Source of the DNA: Eubacteriales bacterium
GTDB lineage: Bacteria > Bacillota > Clostridia > Oscillospirales > CAG-272
DNA: 64,000 bases
NCBI GenBank assembly: GCA_045612865.1
Contig: JAZKZW010000063.1
Location: 3,911-67,910, forward strand
Direction: 5' to 3'
In this document: in pieces, positions 9,465 through 18,422 of the stretch
How the letters are laid out: every line of letters starts with the position of its first letter
Position numbering within the stretch: the first letter of the stretch is position 1
Notes under the pieces: model-generated
Told to the model about the DNA's origin: nothing
Seen by the model: only the letters and a program-made list of their open reading frames with translations
Databases searched by the model: none
Program-made: the position numbers and the translations under genes

Positions 9465-11713
9465 TAGTCCTCGTAATCCTCCTTAATAGCTCGGATGGTT
9501 ATTACTTCCCCCTTTTTAACGGTTGTTCCCGGAGAAATAGATTGAGATAATACTTTATCCAATGATGAAGATGTGATAGCTCCATTTCCAGAAACATGCA
9601 GGTTAAGACCGGAGTCTATTATTTTTCTTATTGCGTCAGGTAGGCTTAACCCAACAACGTTTGGAACGATGACGTGTTCTTCGCTTGAATCCTCCGTATA
9701 AAGTAATATTTTAGATAGAGGATAGGTTAAAATATCTCCTGCGGATGGAGTTTGTTTTATGATTGTGTGTCCGTTACCGATTATTTCAAACGCTTGCTTT
9801 TTTTGATTAAGTTTATCTTTAGCGTCTTCGAGTGAAAGTCCAATGTAATTGTCTATTATAACATTCATTTCCTTTGAATTGGATTTTAGTTCTAGGTAGG
9901 GAAGTATTCTTTCATAAACCATTGAAACATAGGGGGCCGCAACAACACTGCCGTACTTTACCTGGGAAGTTGGTTCATCAACTACTATTATCATGGAAAT
10001 GCCACGATCACCATCTAATGCATAAGCGACGGTAGATCCTATTCGTAAATATGAATTTCCGTTTTCGTCAAGTATATCAAATTTTTGTGACGTGCCTGTT
10101 TTAGCCGCTATATCGTATCCAATAACTCCTGCATTTTTGGCACCACCATCGCCGTTAACTCCATCAATTAAAATCTTGGATACTATATCTGCGACTTCTT
10201 CAGATATAACCTGTTTTCGTATTTCCGGAATATGCTGAGATATAGTCTTCCCATTATTATCAATGACTTTATCTACAATGTAAGGTCTAACTAACTTTCC
10301 TCCGTTTGCTACTGCCGATATAGCAACTAATTGATTTATTATAGAAACCTTGAATCTTTGACCAAATGATGCAGTCGCCAACTCGGTTGAACCCATATTT
10401 TCGACTTTATGGAATATAGTTGATGCTTCACCGGGCAAATCAATCCCGGTCTTTTCAAAATAACCAAATTTTTCTACATATTGGTAAAAGTTTTCGGCGC
10501 CTAATTTTTCAGATATTGAAATCATGCAGGGGTTGCAAGACATCTGTAATCCATATGCTAATGAGAAGCCACTTCCGTGACCATTAACTTTATGGCAACG
10601 AATTCGATATCCTCCTACTTCTTTGTAGCCATTGCAAGAGAAGGTATCGGAAACTTTAGAACTACCCATATCTAAAGCAGCGCTTACAGTAACAATCTTG
10701 AATGTTGATCCCGGTTCGTATGTTTCGCTTAAGGCTTTATTTGACCACATAATCTGTAACAGCTCATTTTTATACGCATTATATTCATCGCTGCCTTTTG
10801 TTAATCCGGATACTAGTAGTTTTTGTTCGGAATATGAATCAAGAACAAATGGATTATTGGGATCAAAAGGGGTAGAGGTAGCCATTGCTAAAATTGCTCC
10901 GGTTTCCACATCCATAATTACACCGCAAACTCTGTTTTCGACCCCGTGATTTATTCGAATGGTTTCAATAACCGACTCCAATTCACCTTGTATATGTGCA
11001 TCTATTGTAGTAACAAGGCTATATCCATCTGTTGCGGGTACATATGTAGAGAATTCTGTATCCAAAGTATTTCCTGATGCATCTTTCGCATACGCATAAT
11101 ATCCGTCTTCACCTTGTAGCAAATCGTTATAATAATATTCTAAGCCAAAAAGACCTTGGTTGTCGCTTCCTACAAATCCTAAAGCATGCGCTAAAAGTGT
11201 TCCTTCCGGGTAATATCGTGTGGTTTGTGCTTCGGTGAATACCATATCATCAAGATTATTGTTTTTCACGAATTCAATAACTTGCTTATATTCCGATTCT
11301 GATGCGGAAGCCTTTATAGTAACATCTAATATTTTGGTATTGGTTATTTTTTTAATAATATCATCTTTGTTTAGATTTAGAATCTTAGATAGGCCAACCG
11401 ATATAACTTCGGTATATTTTTTTGACGAAATTTTTTCATTTAGATATATGTCTTTGGGAGAAACAAAGATTCGCCAGGAAGTTTTATTTGTAGCCAGCGG
11501 CTTTAGATTTGAATCATATATTTCTCCTCGTTTTGCTTTTTGTGTGGTGGTTGTGGTAATTTGATCATAGGTCTTTTGCGTATAGTAATCGTGTTTAATA
11601 AATGATAAATAAAAAATGTTATAAAGAAGATATAAAGAAAACATTGAAAATAATATCATAACAGCTATAATACGTTTTCGGGTTGTTTCCATTATCCAAA
11701 GTTTTGTATGCAT
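9464..11713 (-). CDS. class B penicillin-binding protein (FtsI/SpoVD/PBP2B type) with two C-terminal PASTA domains
   Basis: SxxK (GSTFK), SxN (SCN) and KTG (KTGT) motifs, N-terminal TM anchor, two PASTA-like repeats at the C-terminus. Start re-called to the ATG at 11713 (GGAGAA upstream); the track's longer N-terminus crosses terminator-like hairpins. Confidence 0.9.
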   Translation of the reverse strand: MHTKLWIMETTRKRIIAVMILFSMFSLYLLYNIFYLSFIKHDYYTQKTYDQITTTTTQKAKRGEIYDSNLKPLATNKTSWRIFVSPKDIYLNEKISSKKYTEVISVGLSKILNLNKDDIIKKITNTKILDVTIKASASESEYKQVIEFVKNNNLDDMVFTEAQTTRYYPEGTLLAHALGFVGSDNQGLFGLEYYYNDLLQGEDGYYAYAKDASGNTLDTEFSTYVPATDGYSLVTTIDAHIQGELESVIETIRINHGVENRVCGVIMDVETGAILAMATSTPFDPNNPFVLDSYSEQKLLVSGLTKGSDEYNAYKNELLQIMWSNKALSETYEPGSTFKIVTVSAALDMGSSKVSDTFSCNGYKEVGGYRIRCHKVNGHGSGFSLAYGLQMSCNPCMISISEKLGAENFYQYVEKFGYFEKTGIDLPGEASTIFHKVENMGSTELATASFGQRFKVSIINQLVAISAVANGGKLVRPYIVDKVIDNNGKTISQHIPEIRKQVISEEVADIVSKILIDGVNGDGGAKNAGVIGYDIAAKTGTSQKFDILDENGNSYLRIGSTVAYALDGDRGISMIIVVDEPTSQVKYGSVVAAPYVSMVYERILPYLELKSNSKEMNVIIDNYIGLSLEDAKDKLNQKKQAFEIIGNGHTIIKQTPSAGDILTYPLSKILLYTEDSSEEHVIVPNVVGLSLPDAIRKIIDSGLNLHVSGNGAITSSSLDKVLSQSISPGTTVKKGEVITIRAIKEDYED

Positions 11714-11730
11714 CTTTTTCTCCGTGAAAT

Positions 11731-11761
11731 AAAAAAATAGTGATGACATCAAATCATCACT
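11731..11761 (-). terminator. terminator/attenuator-like hairpin just upstream of the PBP RBS
   Basis: 8-bp stem AGTGATGA/TCATCACT (11739-11746 with 11754-11761) and a 7-nt loop. On the minus strand it is followed by ATTTTTTT (11738-11731). Confidence 0.5.
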
Positions 11762-11802
11762 TAATGATATTAATATATGGACCAAAATATGAAAAATAAC
11801 AT

Positions 11803-11866
11803 AAAAAAACCGTGCATATAGCATATTCACGTCAAAAAGGCGCAAAGATGGCACTGCACGGTTTTT
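11803..11866 (-). terminator. long-loop hairpin plus T-run downstream of the FtsL-slot ORF
   Basis: Perfect 12-bp inverted repeat AAAAACCGTGCA (11805-11816) / TGCACGGTTTTT (11855-11866) with a 38-nt loop. The minus-strand 3' arm runs into T7. Confidence 0.4.
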
Positions 11867-11908
11867 ATAGATTAATAAAATATGTAAGGAAAAATAGTTG
11901 GATAAAAG

Positions 11909-12337
11909 TTATGCTATATTGTTAGTTAATTCCATCGCATCTTCGACGCTATAATCGGTAAGGCTGATTTCTTCTGCATTCTTTTTTGCAGATCCCATAC
12001 CAACAATACCTATTGAGAGAACTAAGGCACAACAAGCAACTGCAGAGAGAAGAGCAGATGCAGAAGCTCTAAAGGGGAATGCTCTGATGGTCTTGTCTTT
12101 TACAGGAGGCTCCTTTATAGTGAGCTTGTCCCCAACGTAAGAAACAACCATAGCAAGAGCTTTTTCTCCAACTCCGGCATAGCTTCTTGCTTCAACAGGA
12201 AGGGCGGACTCTGTTTTCTCCTTGTTTACTTGCATAAGCATGTATTCTCCGAGATTATATTCTTCATGTCCGTCAACGATTGTGAGGCGTTCTTTTACAT
12301 TATTATATAAAATATCATATGCATTAGTATTAGTCAT
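11909..12337 (-). CDS. hypothetical membrane protein occupying the ftsL position of the dcw cluster
   Basis: 142 aa, ATG with AGGAGA 8 nt upstream. One TM helix near the C-terminus (LLSAVACCALVLSIGIVGMG). About 90-aa cytoplasmic N-domain and only about 27 aa beyond the TM, which is not the FtsL architecture. Confidence 0.6.
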   Translation of the reverse strand: MTNTNAYDILYNNVKERLTIVDGHEEYNLGEYMLMQVNKEKTESALPVEARSYAGVGEKALAMVVSYVGDKLTIKEPPVKDKTIRAFPFRASASALLSAVACCALVLSIGIVGMGSAKKNAEEISLTDYSVEDAMELTNNIA

Positions 12338-12352
12338 CTGATCATTTCTCCT

Positions 12353-13297
12353 TTACAATTTTTCCGATACCCTAAGCTTGGCGCTTCTTGAGCGCGGATT
12401 GTTTTCAAGCTCCTCCTTTGAGGGGAAGATCGGCTTTTTTGAAACGTCCTTAATTTTGGGTTTATTGCCACAAATGCAGATAGGGAAGTCTTTAGGGCAA
12501 GTGCAGCCAACGGATAATGCTTTATAAGTTTGTTTAACAATTCTATCTTCTAGCGAATGGAATGAGATTATTGCAATTCTTCCTCCCGGAACCAAAGCTC
12601 CAACAGCATCTCGAATAAGTGGTTCGATTGCATCGAGTTCAGAATTTACTTCAATTCGAATAGCCTGAAAAGTTCTTTTTGCAGGATGGGGTCCATCAAC
12701 TCTTGCAGCTGCAGGAATTGCTCCTTTGATTATATCTGTAAGTTCGTGTGTTGTCTTGATTGGTGATAGCTCTCTGTGTTTGCATATAGCTGCCGCAATT
12801 CGAGGTGCGAATCTCTCCTCTCCGTAGTCAAAAATTATTTTCTTAAGTCTTTGCTCGGAGTATTCGTTTACTACTTCAAATGCAGACAACGGTGCATCCA
12901 TATCCATTCTCATATCCAATGGTGCATCGTGCATATAGCTGAATCCTCGTATTGGAGTATCAAATTGATGTGATGAGCAGCCGAGATCGGCAAGAACACC
13001 ACCAAGATTGTTTATACCAAGCTCTTTAATAACTTTTCCAATGGAAGAAAAATTATCATTAATAAATGTTACTTGATCTTTGTAGTCTTTTAATCTTTCG
13101 CTTGCTGCTGCGATAGCGTTTTTATCTCTGTCAAAACAGATAAGCCTTGAATTCTTACCCATTCTTTTTGCAATTTCAAGAGAATGTCCGCCGCCACCAG
13201 CAGTGCAGTCTATATAAGTGTAGCCGTCTCTTATATTGAGAGCCTCAATGCATTCAAATAGAAGAACCGACGTGTGAGAAAAGTTTATATTTGACAT
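12353..13297 (-). CDS. rsmH: 16S rRNA (cytosine1402-N4)-methyltransferase RsmH (MraW)
   Basis: SAM motif DCTAGGGGHS. 314 aa. Immediately downstream of mraZ. Confidence 0.95.
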   Translation of the reverse strand: MSNINFSHTSVLLFECIEALNIRDGYTYIDCTAGGGGHSLEIAKRMGKNSRLICFDRDKNAIAAASERLKDYKDQVTFINDNFSSIGKVIKELGINNLGGVLADLGCSSHQFDTPIRGFSYMHDAPLDMRMDMDAPLSAFEVVNEYSEQRLKKIIFDYGEERFAPRIAAAICKHRELSPIKTTHELTDIIKGAIPAAARVDGPHPAKRTFQAIRIEVNSELDAIEPLIRDAVGALVPGGRIAIISFHSLEDRIVKQTYKALSVGCTCPKDFPICICGNKPKIKDVSKKPIFPSKEELENNPRSRSAKLRVSEKL

Positions 13298-13323
13298 GGT
13301 CGGAAATCCTTACTTTATTAAAA

Positions 13324-13752
13324 TTAAAGCCCGAGAGAACTAACAAGAGCATGGAGCTCGTCCAAGTTGTACTTGCTTTCGCGTTCAATCCAGTTTTCTT
13401 CAGACCATATTCTAACCTGGTTGCCTTGTCCAACGAAAACTACGTTTCTTAAAAGCTGAGCGTGCTCAACAAGTCTACTCTCAAGAACCACTCTTCCGCT
13501 TGAATCAGTAGAGCATCTTTGTGCGCCTCCAATGAGGAAGTCCTGAAGTGGGGATGCAATAGATTCGGGAAGACTCTGTATTTTTTTTACGTATTCTCCC
13601 CAATCATCTTCGCGATAGATTGTAAGATAACGTTCTGTCTTTCTGGTTATGTAAAATGTTTCTCCCAAAACTTCACGGATTTTAGAGGGAATAAACACAC
13701 GGTTTTTCTTATCAATGCTGTTTATATAAGTACCAACACAATCGTAACGCAT
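13324..13752 (-). CDS. mraZ: transcriptional regulator MraZ
   Basis: Two SpoVT/AbrB-like repeats (DKKNRVFIPSKIRE and DSSGRVVLESRL). 142 aa. GGAGG RBS. First gene of the dcw cluster. Confidence 0.95.
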   Translation of the reverse strand: MRYDCVGTYINSIDKKNRVFIPSKIREVLGETFYITRKTERYLTIYREDDWGEYVKKIQSLPESIASPLQDFLIGGAQRCSTDSSGRVVLESRLVEHAQLLRNVVFVGQGNQVRIWSEENWIERESKYNLDELHALVSSLGL

Positions 13753-13770
13753 GTCATTTCCTCCTTGTTT

Positions 13771-13808
13771 TGGGAATTTTGTGGGATTTTAATGGAAAAA
13801 TGCGGGAT
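13771..13808. promoter_or_regulatory. four helically phased TGGGA-like boxes in the mraZ leader (candidate MraZ operator)
   Basis: TGGGA at 13771, TGGGA at 13782, TGGAA at 13793, CGGGA at 13803, with spacings of 11, 11 and 10 bp. They lie between the predicted -10 and the mraZ RBS. Confidence 0.5.
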
Positions 13809-13837
13809 TTTAAGCCATTTTGCGCCACTACGTACAT

Positions 13838-13866
13838 ATTATAATACATTAAAATAAAAAAATCAA
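13838..13866 (-). promoter_or_regulatory. sigma-A-type promoter candidate for mraZ (TTGATT-17 bp-TATAAT)
   Basis: Minus-strand TTGATT at 13866-13861, 17-bp spacer, TATAAT at 13843-13838. Confidence 0.45.
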
Positions 13867-14025
13867 TAGTTTTTTGAAAAAAAGTGAAAAAAATATGAAA
13901 AAAAGCAAAAATCTCTTCCATTTAACCAAGATTTGTGATAAAATACAAGTGAATCATATCAACAATGAGCATAAAAGTTGCTTTTGACAGCAATTTCAAG
14001 TAAGTGAAGGAGGAGGGAAAAGCTA

Positions 14026-14730
14026 ATGACCGAAAGTAAAGGAATATTTACAACTGCAATAATTTTGGCAGCCGGAATTGGTTCTCGCCTAGGAACAACT
14101 CTCCCCAAACAGAAAGTAGAATTGCTTGGTAAAAGCCTTTTGTCTCGCGTGGTAGAGCCATTCTTAAGTTGTGAAGATGTGGACAGTATAGTTGTTGTAA
14201 CCAGGAGAGAAGATTTAGATTTTGCAAAGCAAGAGTTACATTTTGCATCTAGTAAGATTTATTCCATAACAACCGGAGGGTCTTCACGTGCAGAATCTGC
14301 TAAGCTTGGTTTTGGCTCAATTCCTAAAGAAACTACACATATCCTAATTCACGATGGTGCAAGGTGTCTAATTAATAGATCTGATATTTCAAAAGTTATT
14401 GTTTCGGCTATTAAATATGGGGCAGCAAGCGCTGTTAAAAAGGTCTCTGATACTGTCAAACTAGTAGATGGGGATATTATCAAGAGCACCATTTCTAGAG
14501 ATAATTTAATGCTCGCACAGACTCCACAAGCATTTGAGCGTAAGCTTTATGAAAAAGCATTATCAAGCGCCGGTACCTTGGATGATATTACTGACGACAA
14601 TATGCTGATTGAGAACATTGGAGAAAGTATAAGACTGGTAGAACTATCATTTGAAAACCCTAAGATAACTTATGCTTCGGATCTGGAATACGCAGAGTTT
14701 TTACTGAAAAGGAGAGAAGCAAATGAATAA
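14026..14730 (+). CDS. ispD: 2-C-methyl-D-erythritol 4-phosphate cytidylyltransferase IspD
   Basis: N-terminal [11 protein letters not shown] nucleotide-binding motif. 234 aa. 8-nt overlap with ispF. GGAGG RBS. Confidence 0.93.
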   Translation: MTESKGIFTTAIILAAGIGSRLGTTLPKQKVELLGKSLLSRVVEPFLSCEDVDSIVVVTRREDLDFAKQELHFASSKIYSITTGGSSRAESAKLGFGSIPKETTHILIHDGARCLINRSDISKVIVSAIKYGAASAVKKVSDTVKLVDGDIIKSTISRDNLMLAQTPQAFERKLYEKALSSAGTLDDITDDNMLIENIGESIRLVELSFENPKITYASDLEYAEFLLKRREANE

Positions 14731-15205
14731 TATGAGAATTGGCCAAGGATATGATGTTCATCGCTTGGTTGCGGGGAGAGGACTGATACTTGGAGGAGTC
14801 TGTATTCCATTCGAAAAAGGGCTTTTAGGACACTCTGATGCCGATGTTTTGATTCACGCCATAATGGATTCTTTGTTAGGCGCACTGGCATTAGGGGATA
14901 TAGGAAAGCATTTTCCAGATACATCAGATGAGTTTTTGGGGATATCAAGTCTAAAATTGCTCGAGCGGGTAGCCAAGTTTGTGGAGGATGCCGAATATTC
15001 AATTGTTAACATTGATTCCACAGTAATACTTCAAAAGCCTAAAATATCTCCATATATCGAAACAATGAGAGAAAACATTGCAAAAGCGTTATCAATAGAA
15101 AAAAATCTTGTAAGCATTAAAGCAACCACCGAGGAAAAACTTGGATTTACCGGAAATGGTGACGGAGTTAAGGCCTTGGCAATTGCTATGGTTGCAAAAA
15201 AATAA
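14723..15205 (+). CDS. ispF: 2-C-methyl-D-erythritol 2,4-cyclodiphosphate synthase IspF
   Basis: [11 protein letters not shown] and [11 protein letters not shown] motifs. 160 aa. An alternative start at 14732 is possible. Confidence 0.95.
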   Translation: MNNMRIGQGYDVHRLVAGRGLILGGVCIPFEKGLLGHSDADVLIHAIMDSLLGALALGDIGKHFPDTSDEFLGISSLKLLERVAKFVEDAEYSIVNIDSTVILQKPKISPYIETMRENIAKALSIEKNLVSIKATTEEKLGFTGNGDGVKALAIAMVAKK

Positions 15206-15404
15206 GAGACCATCCGTACCGGATAGTCCCAATCAAAGACTTATACAGTGATCACATCTCCAAACGTCCCTATCTTTTAGTGTTCCAACCACTGTGTAAA
15301 GCCGAGCATTGCTCTTTAAATATTTTATGTTATATATCAATATATGTTACTTAACTAGTCATGTTACTAGTTTGATGTATTGTTAGTATAGTTAGGAGAA
15401 AGAA

Positions 15405-16046
15405 ATGGTTAAAATTTCACCATCAATACTTACAGCCGATCTGGCTAATCTTGAAAGAGAAGTAAAATCTCTTGAATCATCAGGAGCTGATATGCTTCAT
15501 ATAGACGTAATGGATGGCGTCTTTGTTCCAAATATTTCAATTGGGTTGCCTGTAATAAAATCTTTGAGGTCAAAGACGGATTTGTTTTTTGACGTACATA
15601 TTATGATTGTTGAGCCGGAAAAGTATGCCGAAAGATTTATAGAGGCAGGAGCAGATATGCTTACTTTCCATTTTGAGGCAACAGATAAAGCTGAAATAAT
15701 ACTTGATGAAATTCATAGTATGGGAAAAAAGGCAGGAATTTCAATTCGTCCAAGCACTCCTGTTAACGATATTTATCATCTTCTCCCCCAATGTGATACA
15801 GTACTTATTATGACTGTTGAACCTGGATTTGGAGGTCAAAAGCTAATACCATCGGCTGCAGAAAAAATCAGCGCATTAAAGAAGGAAATAGATAGGCTAG
15901 GGCTAGATACAAAAATCGAAGTGGATGGTGGAGTTAATGCAGAAAATGCTGCTATGCTTCGCGAAATGGGCGCAGATATTTTGGTTGCAGGAAGCTTTGT
16001 CTTTAATTCGGATGATAGAAGAGATGCTATTGAAAAATTAAAATAA
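15405..16046 (+). CDS. rpe: ribulose-phosphate 3-epimerase
   Basis: HIDVMDGVFVPN and MTVEPGFGGQK motifs. 213 aa. AGGAGA RBS. Confidence 0.94.
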   Translation: MVKISPSILTADLANLEREVKSLESSGADMLHIDVMDGVFVPNISIGLPVIKSLRSKTDLFFDVHIMIVEPEKYAERFIEAGADMLTFHFEATDKAEIILDEIHSMGKKAGISIRPSTPVNDIYHLLPQCDTVLIMTVEPGFGGQKLIPSAAEKISALKKEIDRLGLDTKIEVDGGVNAENAAMLREMGADILVAGSFVFNSDDRRDAIEKLK

Positions 16047-16064
16047 ATCACATATGAAAATAAC

Positions 16065-16110
16065 AAAAAACGCAAATTGCAACCAAAAAATGGAGCAGTT
16101 TGCGTTTTTT
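16065..16110. terminator. bidirectional terminator candidate between rpe (+) and ruvB (-)
   Basis: AAAAAACGCAAA (16065-16076) pairs with TTTGCGTTTTTT (16099-16110). A/T runs on both sides. The 22-nt loop is long. Confidence 0.5.
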
Positions 16111-16116
16111 GTGTAA

Positions 16117-17148
16117 TTAGTTAGGGATAAAAGGAATTCCTAAATGCTCGTATGCAAGTCTGGTCGCACACCTTCCTCGAGGCGTTCTTGCGAGGAAACC
16201 AATTTGCATTAGATATGGTTCATAAACATCTTCTATAGTTATTGCTTCTTCGCCGATAGTTGCGGCTAGAGTGTCAAGTCCCACAGGACCACCACCATAG
16301 AATTTGATAATTGCTTCAAGCATTTTTCGGTCGGTACTATCAAGTCCTAATTCATCAATCTCCAAAGCATTTAGTGCATAGTTTGCAATCTCGGATGTAA
16401 TAGTTCCATTTCCTTTAACGAGAGCAAAATCACGTATTCGTTTTAACAATCTATTAGCAACTCTCGGAGTTCCTCTTGAACGTGAGGCTATGCGTATAGC
16501 TCCCTCATCGGTTATATCAATTTCGAGAATTGAAGCAGATCTTTTTACAATGTTTGCCAGTTCCTCATTTGAGTAAAGCTCAAGCTTTAACAACACGCCA
16601 AATCTATCGCGCAAAGGTGTAGTAAGCTGACCTGCTCTTGTAGTAGCTCCAACCAACGTGAATCTTGGGATAGGCAATCTAATAGATCTGGCGCTTGGGC
16701 CCTTTCCAATAATTATATCGAGAGCATAGTCTTCCATTGCGGGGTAGAGTATTTCTTCCACTGCTCGTGAAAGTCTATGTATTTCGTCAATAAACAGTAC
16801 ATCACCTTCGCCAAGGTTGGTAAGTATAGCTGCAAGGTCGCCTTGTTTTTCAATTGCAGGTCCGGATGTGGTACGTATATTTACTCCCATCTCATTGGCA
16901 ATGATAGATGCAAGTGTAGTTTTGCCGAGGCCGGGAGGTCCATATAGGAGAACATGGTCTAGCGCTTCGGCTCTGAGTTTTGCACTTTCAATATATATTT
17001 TGAGATTAGATTTTGCTTTTTCTTGTCCAACGTATTCGCTCAGTGTTTTAGGCCTGAGCGAGTTTTCTACCTCGCCATCCTGAAGGTCGTCATATTCATT
17101 TGACACTATTCTATTTTCAAAATCAAATTCGCTGATTTCTTCCATCAT
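16117..17148 (-). CDS. ruvB: Holliday junction branch migration helicase RuvB
   Basis: Walker [15 protein letters not shown] and Walker [11 protein letters not shown]. 343 aa. Confidence 0.97.
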   Translation of the reverse strand: MMEEISEFDFENRIVSNEYDDLQDGEVENSLRPKTLSEYVGQEKAKSNLKIYIESAKLRAEALDHVLLYGPPGLGKTTLASIIANEMGVNIRTTSGPAIEKQGDLAAILTNLGEGDVLFIDEIHRLSRAVEEILYPAMEDYALDIIIGKGPSARSIRLPIPRFTLVGATTRAGQLTTPLRDRFGVLLKLELYSNEELANIVKRSASILEIDITDEGAIRIASRSRGTPRVANRLLKRIRDFALVKGNGTITSEIANYALNALEIDELGLDSTDRKMLEAIIKFYGGGPVGLDTLAATIGEEAITIEDVYEPYLMQIGFLARTPRGRCATRLAYEHLGIPFIPN

Positions 17149-17168
17149 AATATGTTTTCTCCTTCAGT

Positions 17169-17777
17169 TTATCTCGATAATTTTTTCAAAACGGCTTTTA
17201 TAATATCCGCTGCATCCATTGTAATATCAATGCCTCGTACAGCTGCATTTACAGTTGCCTTGTCATATCCAAGCACCATCAAAGCTTCTGTTGCTTCTGT
17301 CAAATTTGTATTTTTAGAGCTTAAAATCGGGGCAGAAATGGTTTCTTTTGAGTTGCCTCCGTTTATATTATCAACAGAAAGCTTGTCCTTTAATTCCAGT
17401 ATAATTCTTGATGCCGTCTTTTTTCCAATGCCCGGAGCCTTTGCGATAAGCGCAACATCTTCACTAGCAATAGCGAAAGCAAGCTTCTCCGGGGTATAGG
17501 TGGAAAGAATGCTTAATGCAACTTTTGGACCAATGCCGCTGACGCCGATAAGTTTATGGAAGCATTCGCGTTCTTCGATAGATCCAAAACCAAACATTTC
17601 AATTCCGTCTTCTCTAACAGCAAGGTGTGTGAAAAGCTTAACCTGCTTTCCTAATTTACTGAGAAGTGAGTCGGCAGTTATCATGCTGATTGTAAGTTTG
17701 TATCCCACGCCACCGCAATCAATTACACATATATTTCCTTCGTAATGGGCAAGTTCGCCACTTAAATAATAAAACAT
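17169..17777 (-). CDS. ruvA: Holliday junction DNA-binding protein RuvA
   Basis: MFYYLSGEL N-terminus and HhH motif LIGVSGIGPKVAL. Start re-called to the ATG at 17777 with AAGGAG upstream. Confidence 0.93.
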   Translation of the reverse strand: MFYYLSGELAHYEGNICVIDCGGVGYKLTISMITADSLLSKLGKQVKLFTHLAVREDGIEMFGFGSIEERECFHKLIGVSGIGPKVALSILSTYTPEKLAFAIASEDVALIAKAPGIGKKTASRIILELKDKLSVDNINGGNSKETISAPILSSKNTNLTEATEALMVLGYDKATVNAAVRGIDITMDAADIIKAVLKKLSR

Positions 17778-17955
17778 TTTTTCGCTCCTTACAAATAGGT
17801 TGTGATAAAACATCTCGCCTTATTTTGTTAACTTATTTATTTTATCACATTTAAGTTGTTTTTTCAAGAGGAATTTGTAAAAATGCTGGAATAGTATAAC
17901 AAAACCGTGATTCATGAATAAAAATGCAAAAAAATATTTTATTTTTTCAAATCGG

Positions 17956-17984
17956 TTGACTTTTTTATTTTATAATAGTATAAT
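17956..17984 (+). promoter_or_regulatory. sigma-A-type promoter candidate for the nusB operon (TTGACT-17 bp-TATAAT)
   Basis: TTGACT at 17956-17961, 17-bp spacer, TATAAT at 17979-17984, 33 nt upstream of the nusB ATG. Confidence 0.55.
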
Positions 17985-18017
17985 AAATATGTTAAAATAT
18001 TTAGCGAGGATTTTATT

Positions 18018-18422
18018 ATGCAAAGAAAATTAGCCAGAGAAAACGCTTTCATTCTTATTTTTGAAAGCATTTGTAAAAAAGATGAAACTAACGAAGAGAT
18101 TTTCAACAAAGCTGTTGAGGTTCGCGAACTTGAGTATGATGATTATGTAAAGACCGTGTTCTTTGGAAGTGCAGAGCATCTTGAGGAAATAAACGAAGCT
18201 ACCGAAAAGCATTTCAAGGGATGGAAATCTGATAGAATTTCTCCGGTTTCCAGAGCTATTATCCGCCTTGCGGCGTATGAGATTATGTTTATGGATGATA
18301 TTCCATCCAGAGTCTCTATCAATGAGGCAATCGAGCTTGCTAAAAAGTTTGATGATGAAAAGTCTTATAGCTTTGTTAACGGCGTTCTTAATGCAGTTGC
18401 ATTGGAGTTTGATAAAAAATGA
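18018..18422 (+). CDS. nusB: transcription antitermination factor NusB
   Basis: 134 aa. ARENAFILIFE N-terminus and AIIRLAAYEIMF... INEAIELAK core typical of NusB. Confidence 0.9.
   Translation: MQRKLARENAFILIFESICKKDETNEEIFNKAVEVRELEYDDYVKTVFFGSAEHLEEINEATEKHFKGWKSDRISPVSRAIIRLAAYEIMFMDDIPSRVSINEAIELAKKFDDEKSYSFVNGVLNAVALEFDKK

Noticed and set aside
11714-11854. 47-aa N-terminal extension of the PBP ORF in the track (start 11854)
   Set aside because: The extension runs through the terminator-like hairpin and part of the 12-bp inverted repeat, and has no RBS. The ATG at 11713 has GGAGAA upstream and is followed directly by the expected basic segment and TM anchor.
13895-13987. 30-aa ORF (MKKSKNLFHLTKICDKIQVNHINNEHKSCF) in the mraZ-ispD divergent region
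   Set aside because: There is no RBS (A-run only upstream). It overlaps the likely ispD promoter region and has no hydrophobic or other recognisable character.
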